Source: Candidatus Parcubacteria bacterium
GTDB lineage: Bacteria; Patescibacteriota; Minisyncoccia; Phycocordibacterales; UBA5272
Direction of reading: 5' to 3'
Length of the DNA stretch: 64,000 nucleotides
NCBI GenBank assembly: GCA_039796775.1
Contig: JBDKJD010000004.1
Span: 6,103 to 70,102, forward strand
In this document: piece by piece, positions 18,893 through 29,649 of the stretch
How the letters are laid out: each line of letters begins with the position of its first letter
How positions within the stretch are numbered: position 1 is the first letter of the stretch
Notes under the pieces: generated by a model
Told to the model about the DNA's origin: nothing
Database searches by the model: none
The model's input: only the letters and a program-made list of their open reading frames with translations
Translations under genes and position numbers: made by a program

Positions 18893-20518
18893 TTAATCTG
18901 CAAGAAGGGAAAGTTTGGCCTGAGTTGCCATCTCTCCAGCAAGCCGAGTGAGTTCAGCATCCTCCTTTGTGTCCACGAACCTCATTGCTGCCGCAATCCT
19001 CGGATATACCGAAGCGAACTTCTCATGCATTGTGAGAGTTACCCTGCGGTAACCAGGATGGCCTTCTGGCATGCTCCTGATTTCGTGAAGGTGGAAAGAT
19101 TCACGCGTGTTAACCGCTTCACGCCACCGCATACGGTGCCCGAGCAGGGTGGTGTACTGCGACTCCTGTTCGAACCCTTGCCTTTTAACTTCACCATACA
19201 ACTTTTCCGCGATATCGAACGCCTCAACGAACGGCTTTTCTAGTCCGGCCTCAATCACAACAGGCGGAATCTCGTAGCCGAGGAACGGCGTAAGATCCTG
19301 CCAGTCCATGCCGTCTACTGGGCGATGGCGCTGTAGGTCACGAAAAATCCCATAGTCCGTCACGTTTTCCCACTTGGTTTGTAGGAATTCGAACGAACGT
19401 CCTGGGCGATGGCGCCGGTTGTACCGGGTTCCAATTCCTGCTTGAAGGACTCTCACGAGTTGCTCCTGACTGAGGTTTTGGGCTTGCCGCATGACACTTT
19501 CGTAGCTTTGATCAGAACCTGTCCACAACAAGTCCGCGACAACAGACATCTCATCCTGAGGCCAGTGATTAACCAGGTTGACTTCGACACCAGGGGCAAT
19601 GATCTCTTCCGGAGATAGGTATTCCTTAGCAAGGACACGAACATCCTGCCGGATTTGTCGACGATAATTGATTGCTGCGCCACCGCGTTCAGGGATATCC
19701 GTGCGCTCAAAAAACTGAGGAGCTATGACACGAACTTGTTGGAGAAGCTTCTTCCCGAGCTCGTTGGCTTCCAGGAGATCAAGCGACGCAAGTCGCATGA
19801 TGAGATAGTCAAACGACTGCGCATTGCCGACAATGCCGACTGTCGAAGTCGTCGCAACAGGAAGCATGTTACGTGCCGCATCACATGCTTGGGCGCGGGT
19901 GGCACCCATCCATGCGACTCTTTCCCTTTTTTCTTCTGAAGGATCCGACAAAGAAAAGGGTGACTTCTTTCTGATGTACCCCGAAAGCTCCCGCACCACT
20001 TCTGAGTAGAGTGCGAAAATGCGGTCCATATCCGTGCGATACCTGTTGAGAAGCGTTTCTGGAAAATTCATCGGCACATAGTACCGATACACCAGCTTGC
20101 CGTCCTTGTCGTAAACCTGCACATCAAAGTAGATGTAACGGGTCGACTGTTCAAGGTAGGCAGCGAACCGCCCCCTTTCCAGGAACTTGGTCATGATGTT
20201 AGAGCATTGTTCGACGACGACCGAAAGCGGCATGAGCTGCTGCACCGAGTCGTCACCGTAGCCTGTAATCACACGCTTGAAGAGCCCGTTCAAGACATCA
20301 CCAGATTTACCGGCGAACTCTTTCAGGATCACCATCCGCATGTCGTCCCCCGTGCGGGAGAGACGAGCCATGGCGCCGGCGATCATCAAGGGTTCGGCTT
20401 CGCGAGAGAAGGCATACACCTACCCTTGCGGATCAGTCGTGATCTTGGCCAGATAATTCAAGCCAAATTCGGTAGGAACAGCAATGCTGCCCTCCATGCG
20501 AAAATACTCTTGTTCCAT
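18893..20518 (-). pseudogene. thyX: tandem-domain flavin-dependent thymidylate synthase with in-frame TAG at codon 33 (20420-20422)
   Basis: GYGDDSV, YLEQSTRYI, DAARNMLP, FRDLQRHR; SD-led ATG at 20518 reads MEQEYF..TTDPQG*VYAFS; GC visibly higher than flanks; a GTG right after the stop could re-initiate. Confidence 0.8.
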
Positions 20519-20602
20519 TTTTATTTCCTTTCGAGAATTGTAACAGGTTGATGAAAAAACTACCCTACTACATCCTACAGGTTTTATTCTTTAAAAGCAA
20601 AA

Positions 20603-21022
20603 CTACTTTCCCGTACTCCCAAACCCCCCTTCCCCACGGAGAGAGTCTGATAATTCAGTTACTTCTTCAATATCTGGGAACTCTACTTTTTGAATAATCA
20701 TCTGTGCAACTTTGTGACCATGGGAGAATGTATATGCTTCATCTGAGAGATTGTGTATCATTATTTTTATATCTCCTCTATATCCTGCGTCAATTACTCC
20801 ACCTAGTGTCTTAATACTTTTAGCACCAATTGATGACTTGTCCCAGATAAGACCAACACACCCCTCTTCTATTTCACACGCGATTCCAGTTGGAACAAAA
20901 AGTGTCTCGTGAGGATTAATCGTATGTTCTCCATATGCATAAAAATCAATCCCAGCATCATCATGATGTGCACGAGTAGGTAACTTTGCTTCATCATAAA
21001 GACGTTTGATTTTAAGTTTCAT
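20603..21022 (-). CDS. dut: dUTPase
   Basis: DAGIDF, GVIDAGYRG, RGEGGFGSTG. Confidence 0.97.
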   Translation of the reverse strand: MKLKIKRLYDEAKLPTRAHHDDAGIDFYAYGEHTINPHETLFVPTGIACEIEEGCVGLIWDKSSIGAKSIKTLGGVIDAGYRGDIKIMIHNLSDEAYTFSHGHKVAQMIIQKVEFPDIEEVTELSDSLRGEGGFGSTGK

Positions 21023-21090
21023 AGTAGAAGTATAACAAAAAGAAAAAAGACTGGGCGTAGAGCTCAGTCTTTATTAACGTAACTACAGTA

Positions 21091-22203
21091 TTACCAGGAA
21101 GTAAACTGCTTTGGAAGCTGAGTTTTAGTCTGGCCACTGTAATTACCTAAAGCAGCATATGAAACTGTTTTAGAGCGCATAGTCTCATACTCAAAACGAG
21201 CAAGCGGTTTTTTGTGTCGCAAAAACTCATTCTGTGGAGCAAAAACTTCAAGTGTTGCTGTTCCGAAGAAACCAGGATCAAAGAATCCTGCGAAATGTGT
21301 GAAGAAAAAACCAAGACGAGTATCGAGCGCTTTCAATTCCGCTGTGTGCCCATCTGGAATCTTCAGCATTTCATTAGTAGATAGAAGATAGTACCTTCCT
21401 TTTTCGATACAGACAACACCGTCTGCTTCCCCACCCCCAAAGCGATCCGCATGCACTTCTTCGAAGTAATCACGAGGGTTGAGGTCACGATCAGCAAGAT
21501 TAAGTGGCTTTGCAGTATTCCTTGCTTTATACCCAACATGGGTCTCAGGCTCTGCACACAAGGTACAGAGCACAGAGCCATTATGAGTAAACAACGGTAG
21601 ATATTCTTGGTTGTACGCTTCTTGATTTTGACGACGATACAAGAGATCATTATTTTGAAGGACCTCTTCGAGATCTCGCGGTGTAAAACGAGTGTCGCCA
21701 TCAAAAACACGAAGTTGGTTGTAGCACTCCTTGTTGGTAAAAACAATTGGGTATGCAAGGGGTTGAAGCACAAGCCACAGTTCACCGGTATAACCACGAT
21801 GCCTCACATCAACAGAATCAAACATGTGGACACCATCAGCAAGAGACCGGACGAACAAGAAATTTCTACCAGAACTCGATTTTGCATTCAGATACCCATA
21901 CATTCCTGGAGAGAAGTTGATATCGACGCTTGCTTTGGCAAGATAGGTAGAACCAACCTCCATCACATCTCCGAGATTAATTCTCGAAGCGCCCATTTTT
22001 GGCAGAAGGTTGCGAATCGTTTCATTTTCAAGCTCACTTGGGGAAAGGAGGCGGTTCACACGATACGCTTCACCTGTTGTCGTGAGATCAACTGAAGCGG
22101 GACCGATATGATTTTCAGAAAAACCTGCAAGTGGTTTAATTCTTTTGTTAAGAACAAGATTTTTGAGATCGGTTTGACTAAAAACACCAATGGAGGAAGT
22201 CAT
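21091..22203 (-). CDS. dcd: dCTP deaminase (long two-domain type)
   Basis: GPASVDL, NAKSSSGR, YTGELW, HFAGFFDPGF, TLEV; start at MTSS. Confidence 0.88.
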   Translation of the reverse strand: MTSSIGVFSQTDLKNLVLNKRIKPLAGFSENHIGPASVDLTTTGEAYRVNRLLSPSELENETIRNLLPKMGASRINLGDVMEVGSTYLAKASVDINFSPGMYGYLNAKSSSGRNFLFVRSLADGVHMFDSVDVRHRGYTGELWLVLQPLAYPIVFTNKECYNQLRVFDGDTRFTPRDLEEVLQNNDLLYRRQNQEAYNQEYLPLFTHNGSVLCTLCAEPETHVGYKARNTAKPLNLADRDLNPRDYFEEVHADRFGGGEADGVVCIEKGRYYLLSTNEMLKIPDGHTAELKALDTRLGFFFTHFAGFFDPGFFGTATLEVFAPQNEFLRHKKPLARFEYETMRSKTVSYAALGNYSGQTKTQLPKQFTSW

Positions 22204-22343
22204 GACAAAATTCCTTGTAAAAAAACAACTCAACCGTAAAGGTTGTACAGTAATAACACTATCATATAACAAAAAAATCTGCGAATGCAGATTTTTTTGT
22301 TAATTCTCATACAAATAATGGGAGGGTTTTATATAGTTTTGAA

Positions 22344-22757
22344 TTATTTTACCTTAATACCAGCTGAACGTGCTGTACCTTCGATAATCTTCATCGCTTG
22401 TTCAACGGTGTTAGCAGTGAGGTCTTTCATCTTGATCTCTGCAATCTCTCTCACTTTTTCTTTTGTGATAGTTCCTGCATTACCTTTTGAATTACCTTTA
22501 GCCACGTTAGCTCCCTTCATAACAAGTGAAGTTGCAGTTGGGGTCTTGATAACGAAATCATATGTACGGTCTTCGTACACATAAATTTTCACTGACATTC
22601 TCCCCTGCTGACCAGCTGTAGCTGCGTTAAACTTGTTAACGAAGTCACCGATCTGTACACCTGCCTGGCCGAGAGCTGGACCAAGTGGAGGAGCAGGAGT
22701 AGCTTTCCCTGCTTCTATCTGAACTTTTACGTACTTTGTAATTTTCTTTGCTGCCAT
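22344..22757 (-). CDS. rplK: 50S ribosomal protein L11
   Basis: AGKATPAPPLGPALGQAG, GTARSAGI. Confidence 0.98.
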   Translation of the reverse strand: MAAKKITKYVKVQIEAGKATPAPPLGPALGQAGVQIGDFVNKFNAATAGQQGRMSVKIYVYEDRTYDFVIKTPTATSLVMKGANVAKGNSKGNAGTITKEKVREIAEIKMKDLTANTVEQAMKIIEGTARSAGIKVK

Positions 22758-22821
22758 AATAGTTTATATAATGTTTTGTAATGCTAACACATTTTTTCTA
22801 AAGTTTCAATATGATTCCAAC

Positions 22822-23367
22822 TTAGACTTTCTTAACCTGAAGAAAATCAAGCTCAACCGGAGTTTCTCTTCCGAACATGTTAACGAATACTTTTAATTTA
22901 CCTCTTGCTTTATCTACTTCTCCAACTTTTCCTTCAAAATCCTTGAAAGGTCCGTCTACAATACCCACAAGCTCCCCTATACCGATTTCGATATCATGAG
23001 TAGTCTCTTGTGTCTTCATGCGACCGAAGAGGAAGTCAATTTCATTTTGAGTAAGAGGAACTGGTGTTGTTCCTGCGCCAACGAATCCAGTCACTCGAGG
23101 GGTGTTACGTACAACATACCAACTGTTGTCATCTACAATCATATCTACGAGAACGTACCCTGGATACACCTTCTCTTCTACTTCTACTCTTTTGGTACCT
23201 TTTACTTTTATCTTTTTCTCTAGAGGGACAACAACGTCAAAGATCTTGTCTTGCATTTGAAGTGACTCAATACGTTGTTTGAGATTTCTTTGTACAGCAT
23301 TTTCATATCCACTGTAGGTATGAATAGCATACCAGTGACGCTCCCCTGTAAATTCTTGTTTGGCCAT
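22822..23367 (-). CDS. nusG: transcription factor NusG
   Basis: WYAIHTYSGYE, PGYVLV, KOW GPFKDFEG, FGRETPVELDF. Confidence 0.98.
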   Translation of the reverse strand: MAKQEFTGERHWYAIHTYSGYENAVQRNLKQRIESLQMQDKIFDVVVPLEKKIKVKGTKRVEVEEKVYPGYVLVDMIVDDNSWYVVRNTPRVTGFVGAGTTPVPLTQNEIDFLFGRMKTQETTHDIEIGIGELVGIVDGPFKDFEGKVGEVDKARGKLKVFVNMFGRETPVELDFLQVKKV

Positions 23368-23413
23368 ATAGTTAAGATGAATTAAAGATTATTAGATAAG
23401 AATAAAGTGTTAA

Positions 23414-23593
23414 CTACGCTACCAATCGAGAGAGTAGCTCTTTGAACCCGATATCTGTCGCCCAAAGTAACACTGCAACAAGGAGTGAAATGACAATAAC
23501 AAGAATCGTATAGAGTACTGTTATCTGACGTGTAGGGAATACAACCTCCTTGAGTTCTTGTTTTGTTTCTTTTAAATACTGCAATAATTTCAT
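23414..23593 (-). CDS. secE: preprotein translocase SecE
   Basis: ETKQELKEVVFPTR plus one TM, upstream of nusG. Confidence 0.9.
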   Translation of the reverse strand: MKLLQYLKETKQELKEVVFPTRQITVLYTILVIVISLLVAVLLWATDIGFKELLSRLVA

Positions 23594-23784
23594 AAATAAA
23601 TAGTTATTATAAATAGTGAACAGATTCGAACCCTTTATTCTAAAAAACACCCCGAGGGGCATTACTTATACCTTATATAATACTTCCCTCAAAAGAAAAA
23701 GTCAAGCCCCTTTAGGGTGGCTCGACTTTTTATTACAGAAAGTAGTTTTACTACTTTCTACGGAAGTCAGCACGATGGAGCTGC

Positions 23785-23830
23785 AATAAAGTCAAAGAAG
23801 GCGCCGTAAGGCGCCTTCTTTGACTTTATT
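23785..23830. repeat. perfect long hairpin (REP-like or terminator)
   Basis: aataaagtcaaagaaggcgcc-gtaa-ggcgccttctttgactttatt. Confidence 0.7.
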
Positions 23831-23854
23831 ATTTTTACCCCTTAACGCTTTTAA

Positions 23855-24646
23855 TTATTTCAAAACGTAAGTGATAGAAACATTAGACTTGATCACATTC
23901 TCACCTTGAGGGAGAGATACAGCTTCAGCTCTCATAGACCCTGCCATATCCATAGGCATAGGCATAGCTGCGCTTTTAGCATACATCATTGGCATATATC
24001 CACCATCACTATCGCTAAAGGATACGATAGCTCCAAGCGACACCCCAAGAGATGACGCCAACTCTTCTGCTTTTCTCTCTGCTTCTTTGATGGCTTTTTC
24101 TTTGGCTTCTGCTTTGTATTCTTCGATAGAGTCTACAGTGAAGTCTGGGCCTGAGATTTCTGTGATGTTAGCCTTCCCCACAAGACCCAAGACTTCACCT
24201 GCTTGATCAACCTTGCGAACCTTTACTGTAACTGATTGAGATACTTGATAGCCTGATATCTTTGGAGTATATGAAGGGCATACATATCCATTACATACAG
24301 GGTTCTCATATTCTGGATAAACATTATATGAATTAGTCTTAATATCTTTTTCTTCAACGGAGAGAACTTTGAGTTCACCGAGTGCTGCTTTTATTTTGCT
24401 CTCAACCATTTTTTGTGCCTCCGGTACGGTCTTTGCTTTTTCTCTTACTGTAAACATTACTGTTGCAACGTCTGGCTTAGTTGTCACTTCTGCCTCCCCT
24501 GTGACGGTGACTGTTGCCATCTGACCATTAGGATATTTCATCTCATTAAAAGAAGCTAAACCAAAAGCAAATGCGGCGAATGCGACTCCAAAAAGAGCTG
24601 CAGTCCCTGCAATCCACGTATATTTTTTGTAATTATTTAATTCCAT
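23855..24646 (-). CDS. SIMPL/DUF541 (BP26-like) protein
   Basis: VTVTGEAEVTTKPDVA, DIKTNSYNVYPEY, AIKEAERKAEELASSLGV. Confidence 0.9.
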   Translation of the reverse strand: MELNNYKKYTWIAGTAALFGVAFAAFAFGLASFNEMKYPNGQMATVTVTGEAEVTTKPDVATVMFTVREKAKTVPEAQKMVESKIKAALGELKVLSVEEKDIKTNSYNVYPEYENPVCNGYVCPSYTPKISGYQVSQSVTVKVRKVDQAGEVLGLVGKANITEISGPDFTVDSIEEYKAEAKEKAIKEAERKAEELASSLGVSLGAIVSFSDSDGGYMPMMYAKSAAMPMPMDMAGSMRAEAVSLPQGENVIKSNVSITYVLK

Positions 24647-24663
24647 GATTCTAAAGTATTATT

Positions 24664-25764
24664 TTATAAACGACCAAGTGAATACATATAGCCGAGTAAT
24701 AAAAGTATAACAAACAGCATCACAGAGGCCAAAACACTCATCGAGTGATCCACTTTTGAAGGCGTCTCGTCTTCAGGAACTGCTTGATTGCTTGGGTTAT
24801 TAGATGTCGCAACATAGGTATCAATTACAGGAGTTGTGACCGTAGTTACGGGAGTTGGTGCTGGTGTTATGGTGAATAGAGATGTGCCTTTTTTCTCTGT
24901 GAGCATCACCTCCTCTTTGAAGTGTGCATCGACACTTTCTTGCTTTGTGTCTTCTCTTATTACTTCGTGAGTTTTATTTGTCACAAGAGTAGTATCCTCC
25001 ATTTCTTTTATCTGTTCTGGTGAATGCTCTTTGTGGAAAGTTGACTTATATTTAGCGAATGACCACACATGAGGAGAAGACTCGAAAGGAAGCAGGGGTA
25101 GATCTTCTGGAATTGCTACTTCTTTTTTAATACTAGGAATATCTTTTGTTTCTACAAGAGATGTTCTTTCTTCTCTATTGTTAGTATTCTCTAATGACAT
25201 CAGATTGCTCTTAACTTCTGACTGTATCTCCTTTTGCTCACCAATCTCTTTAATCGACTCAGATGTATTATTGTTTGATGAAATATTAATCTCTTCTTTT
25301 TTAATCTTAGGCAACTCAGCAACATCTGTCACAATATTTGATAGATCCCCCTCCTCCTCTCCATCTGCCCTAATAAAAGAAATTTTTTCTTCTCCTTTTG
25401 ACGCTACGATATTCGCTGATGTAACGTCTGGCGTCACAGAAGATTCCTCTATCTTCACTACAGTATCTGGTTGTGCTGATTCTGTAATAGTTGTAGAAGG
25501 CACCTCCAAAGAAGGATCTGTTAGGGGTATCTGTGTCTCGACTTTAGGTTCATTGATTCCTTGTTCTTGAAGAGATGTTTGAGGTGTAGTAGGCACACCA
25601 TTTGCAATAACAGATTGTCTGCCTTTGAATAACAATTCAGCTTCTTTGATATGCTTCTCATCCCAAAGGGACGCTGTGAGAATAGTTCTTAGCGTTTCTA
25701 TCGTCAATTCCTTGTGACGAGACATGAGCTCATCAAGTGATTGCTCTACGGTTGAGAGATTCAT
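24664..25764 (-). CDS. acidic low-complexity protein with C-terminal membrane anchor
   Basis: E/T/S/P-rich, TM at C-terminus. Confidence 0.7.
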   Translation of the reverse strand: MNLSTVEQSLDELMSRHKELTIETLRTILTASLWDEKHIKEAELLFKGRQSVIANGVPTTPQTSLQEQGINEPKVETQIPLTDPSLEVPSTTITESAQPDTVVKIEESSVTPDVTSANIVASKGEEKISFIRADGEEEGDLSNIVTDVAELPKIKKEEINISSNNNTSESIKEIGEQKEIQSEVKSNLMSLENTNNREERTSLVETKDIPSIKKEVAIPEDLPLLPFESSPHVWSFAKYKSTFHKEHSPEQIKEMEDTTLVTNKTHEVIREDTKQESVDAHFKEEVMLTEKKGTSLFTITPAPTPVTTVTTPVIDTYVATSNNPSNQAVPEDETPSKVDHSMSVLASVMLFVILLLLGYMYSLGRL

Positions 25765-25799
25765 GAACTAAGTATAGCAACTACTTGATACCTGTCTCC

Positions 25800-27794
25800 C
25801 TATCTTGACTGAAGACTATTAACAAGCGCTCGTATCTCTTGATTATTAGGATTTCTCTTTAAGAGTTCCGCAGCAAGCGGGACAGCCGCTTCTCTATTAC
25901 CCCCATCACGAAGTGATAGTGCCAAGAAGTATGCCACGTTCTCATTATTCTGATCTCGTTCGAGAGCTGCTCTTAGGGCGAGTATTGCGTTTTGATAATC
26001 ACGAGCTGCGTAGAAAAGGAGGCCTGCTTGTGTATAAGCAAGTGGATCATTAGGAGCGCTCTTAATCGCTTCAATAGCATAAGAGATCGCTTGTTCGATT
26101 TGATTATCACTAGCTGAAAGCTGACTCATGAGATAGAGCGCATCTGCAAAGTTCTGCTTCTTCTTAAGCGCTTCTCCTAACCACTCTTTGGCCACATCTC
26201 TTGTTCCTGCTGATGTTTCAAGGCGTGCTTGCATCAAGTATAGGAATGGATTATTTGGATAAAGATCAATCGCTTCCTTATAAGACTTCTTGGCATTTTC
26301 ATATCCTCCTATTCTGTCAAAAGGAATAGCGAGCTCATATGCACGTCCGAGAGAAACATAGTTCTGATAATTAGAAGGATTAAGGTTTCTCGCTTTGAGG
26401 GCTGCATCTACTGCTTCTTGAGATTTGATAAGATAAGCATTCTTGAGAGCTTCCTGATCCTCTGACGCTTGAGAGACAAGATTACGATTAGAGGTGATGG
26501 CGTATTCTACTTTTGCTCTATAGAACCCATCATACTCATATATTCCTGCTGCTTTTTTGATCAACGCTTCAGCTTGCTCAACAGTAGGAGCAGATTGAGC
26601 TTGTGCAAGGAGTGAAAACGCTCTTGCCTTCTCAACACTCACATATGCTTGCACGATGAACAATACAGCAAGTGGTACAAGAAGGAATCCTAGTTTTTTA
26701 TGAGGGTGAAATTCTGTAAGCTTTGCTTTAGCGATTCCTAAACCACAAATCACCATCCACATTACAAGCATTGAATACGACAACGGTACAAGAAGCGCCA
26801 TTCCCAAGAAATACAGCAAAGTGACAAACAAGAGACCCGATGTCTTATGTTCCATCCCCTCTTTGTGTTGGCGATAACTGATAAAGGTACTATAGATAGC
26901 CGCAAGCACAAACAAAAGAAATGAGAGCATTCCAAAAATACCAATGGTCACAAAGAGTGTAGACACAGTATCTGCTCCTTGCAAGAATTCATACCCGAAG
27001 AATTGAGAATTGATAACGTCTTGCGGTCGATACAATTGCCACGCTCGAGAGAAGTTACCAGGACCAACACCGAAGAGACCATCTTCAACAAGAACATTCT
27101 TACCTACCAGAAGGGTACTTTTGAGGTTTGGACGAATACTGTTTTCTGTTGAAATACTCACAGCCCAAGAAATGAAGAGTAGTCCAGTGATGAGCATGAA
27201 TGCTTTGTAACGTTTTTTAAGAGACCCTTTCGCTACATAAAAGAGTACAGCAACAGAGAAGAGCCCTATGTACGTAGCAAAAGACACTGATGAAGAGAAT
27301 GAAGAGAAGAGCCCTTTGGCAACAGTGAGTAATTGTCCACCAATCATAAGTGCTGTCACAAAAACAAGAGCAGATACTGAGAGAATAGCGAGAATAGCTA
27401 CTTTTAATTTTTGACGAATTAATTCAGGGAGCGCTCTTACTAAATACATAATCACAGGAAGTGTAAGGAGGGATGCTCCTGAATAATGATTCAAGCCGTC
27501 TCCGAACAGGAATATTTTTGGGGATGAGGAGAACAAAATAGAAGCAACAACTGAAAAAGCAAAAGCGAAATAGCCCAAGAATTCTAACTTCGAAACAGTA
27601 TGCCATGTTCTTGTAAGAAGAGCGTTAGCAACATACGCAGTTGAAGCGACCGCAACCACAATCATCATGAATACAAAATACGTCGTATCTGCAGGGAGAC
27701 TTGTTTTTGGAATAAAAAACAACGGCGAAGCAACCACGATGAGCACTGTTGCGTATTGATAAATTTTTGAAAGAGATGATAATAAAATATTCAT
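25800..27794 (-). CDS. O-antigen-ligase/Wzy-like membrane protein fused to TPR repeats
   Basis: Many TMs, LFGVGPGNF motif, C-terminal TPR helices. Confidence 0.75.
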   Translation of the reverse strand: MNILLSSLSKIYQYATVLIVVASPLFFIPKTSLPADTTYFVFMMIVVAVASTAYVANALLTRTWHTVSKLEFLGYFAFAFSVVASILFSSSPKIFLFGDGLNHYSGASLLTLPVIMYLVRALPELIRQKLKVAILAILSVSALVFVTALMIGGQLLTVAKGLFSSFSSSVSFATYIGLFSVAVLFYVAKGSLKKRYKAFMLITGLLFISWAVSISTENSIRPNLKSTLLVGKNVLVEDGLFGVGPGNFSRAWQLYRPQDVINSQFFGYEFLQGADTVSTLFVTIGIFGMLSFLLFVLAAIYSTFISYRQHKEGMEHKTSGLLFVTLLYFLGMALLVPLSYSMLVMWMVICGLGIAKAKLTEFHPHKKLGFLLVPLAVLFIVQAYVSVEKARAFSLLAQAQSAPTVEQAEALIKKAAGIYEYDGFYRAKVEYAITSNRNLVSQASEDQEALKNAYLIKSQEAVDAALKARNLNPSNYQNYVSLGRAYELAIPFDRIGGYENAKKSYKEAIDLYPNNPFLYLMQARLETSAGTRDVAKEWLGEALKKKQNFADALYLMSQLSASDNQIEQAISYAIEAIKSAPNDPLAYTQAGLLFYAARDYQNAILALRAALERDQNNENVAYFLALSLRDGGNREAAVPLAAELLKRNPNNQEIRALVNSLQSR

Positions 27795-27920
27795 ACTAAA
27801 TTACTTTTGCTTTATATTGTTAATGATACAGTTTAGTATACTACTTTTAGTGCTAAATTAATGTGGAAACATCACAAAATAAAAAGCTAAAAGAGAGTAT
27901 ACTGAGACTGCGGTCAACAT

Positions 27921-28082
27921 ATGGAAACCATAAACAACAACCCCCTCTCTAACAATACACCGATTTCAGTCAAAAAATACATACGCCACTTCTATTTGGC
28001 TTGTATCATCATTTTATTATTCGTTGTGATTTTTGGAATTCTTTATATGAACGGAAAAAGTATTTATGAAAATGGTATCTAG
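27921..28082 (+). CDS. putative 53-aa single-TM protein (not in ORF track)
   Basis: METINNNP..FYLACIIILLFVVIFGILY..*, overlaps next start. Confidence 0.45.
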   Translation: METINNNPLSNNTPISVKKYIRHFYLACIIILLFVVIFGILYMNGKSIYENGI

Positions 28083-29649
28083 AATATTTGAGTCACTCCC
28101 TCCTCTTTTTGTCCCTCTTTCAAAAAAAATCTCTGGAGAAATCACCTGTCTTCCTCAAGTGAAAGACATGTACGCAAAAAATAATTCCCCGTATTATATA
28201 CAACCTACTTGCATCGTCTATCCAAAATCAAGTTCTGACATAAAAGCAGTACTTCATTTCGCTAAAGAATACTCGATGCCTGTCACGGTGCGTGGACTTG
28301 GCGCAAGCACACTTGGTGGATCTCTCGGGGATGGCATCATTGTTGATATGTCGCGATATTTTAATTCGATACGACACATTAACATGTTGGACCAAGTTGT
28401 CACCTTCGATACTGGCATCACCACACGCACACTTATTGAACAGTTAGATAACATAGGGTATGAGATCCCGACACTTCTTGGAGAAGAGACCACATCCTTT
28501 GGAGGACTCTTCGCCACCAGAAGCGCGTCCCCTTATTCATTCTTTCATGGGAGCATTCGTGATTGGGTCACAGAGGTCACAGTCATGTTAGACAACGGCG
28601 AAGAACATGTTATAGGAGAAGGCATAGCCCCAAGCGGGAGATTGCTCGCTATCTATCAACAATTATTCAAACGACTAGGTGAAGAGTCACCTCATCTACG
28701 GGCATTCAATGCCAATCAAGGTGAAGACGCTACTGGATATTATGTTTGGAATACATCGATTGGCCCTCGTCAGCTCATCGATCAATTGTGTGGTAGTGAA
28801 GGGACGCTTGCAATTGTAACCTCTTTTAAGTGCAGAATTATACAGAAGCGTCCTCATACCGTAGTGTCATATCTCCCCTTACTTGAACATGAAATAGAGA
28901 GCGCTGTAGCTATCGCCAAAAAACACGGAGCTGAAGGACTGTTTTTGTATGACGAAGCGTATATGGAGCTCATCAAACGTTACAGGCCAGGACTTTCTCC
29001 TTTATTCTTAAATGCAGAATATTGCCTCATTGCCATACATAAAGATTTCAATAAAAAGAAATTACATGATCGTGTCGCACTCTTCCATTCACAATTACCT
29101 CTCGATGAACTTTCTATAAAAGCAGATTCTGACATAGAAAGAGCAGATACAATCATGAGCTATTCTTTTGTACATTCATTGTTTAATGAATACAGCAAGG
29201 GTTCACTTGTGACACTTTCTTCATTTGAAGGATTAGTTACCAAACCTCACACCATACAAGCCGTCATAAAAACCCTAACTCAGGAACTTGAGACCAAAGG
29301 ATATGTGAGCTCAGTCACAGGATATGTCGGTAGTTCACATATTGGATGTACTGTATTAGTTGACCCATTCAGTGACACCTATAAGGAAACATTTGTCGCA
29401 TTGCACTCGACACTCTTTACTATAATCTCTCCATTGGTATCAGGGGTTTCTATACACAGCGGAGACGGTATCACTAAGACTCCTTTTATAGAACAGATCT
29501 ACAATGAACGCATGTTCAACTTCTTCAAAGAAATAAAATCAATATGGGACCCGGGATTCATCCTCAATCCAGGCAAGAAGACAACAATCACGCTCGCATA
29601 TATTCAAAAATACTTACACGCAAAAGTTAAGACTAATTACCGACCTTAG
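28066..29649 (+). CDS. FAD-binding oxidoreductase (GlcD/D-lactate dehydrogenase-like)
   Basis: PTCIVYP, VRGLGAS, GSEGTLAIV, WDPGFILNPGK. Confidence 0.85.
   Translation: MKMVSRIFESLPPLFVPLSKKISGEITCLPQVKDMYAKNNSPYYIQPTCIVYPKSSSDIKAVLHFAKEYSMPVTVRGLGASTLGGSLGDGIIVDMSRYFNSIRHINMLDQVVTFDTGITTRTLIEQLDNIGYEIPTLLGEETTSFGGLFATRSASPYSFFHGSIRDWVTEVTVMLDNGEEHVIGEGIAPSGRLLAIYQQLFKRLGEESPHLRAFNANQGEDATGYYVWNTSIGPRQLIDQLCGSEGTLAIVTSFKCRIIQKRPHTVVSYLPLLEHEIESAVAIAKKHGAEGLFLYDEAYMELIKRYRPGLSPLFLNAEYCLIAIHKDFNKKKLHDRVALFHSQLPLDELSIKADSDIERADTIMSYSFVHSLFNEYSKGSLVTLSSFEGLVTKPHTIQAVIKTLTQELETKGYVSSVTGYVGSSHIGCTVLVDPFSDTYKETFVALHSTLFTIISPLVSGVSIHSGDGITKTPFIEQIYNERMFNFFKEIKSIWDPGFILNPGKKTTITLAYIQKYLHAKVKTNYRP

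Noticed and set aside
23620-23640. GGGTTCGAATCT upstream of secE, where tRNA-Trp often lies
   Set aside because: No cloverleaf, anticodon arm or acceptor stem around it
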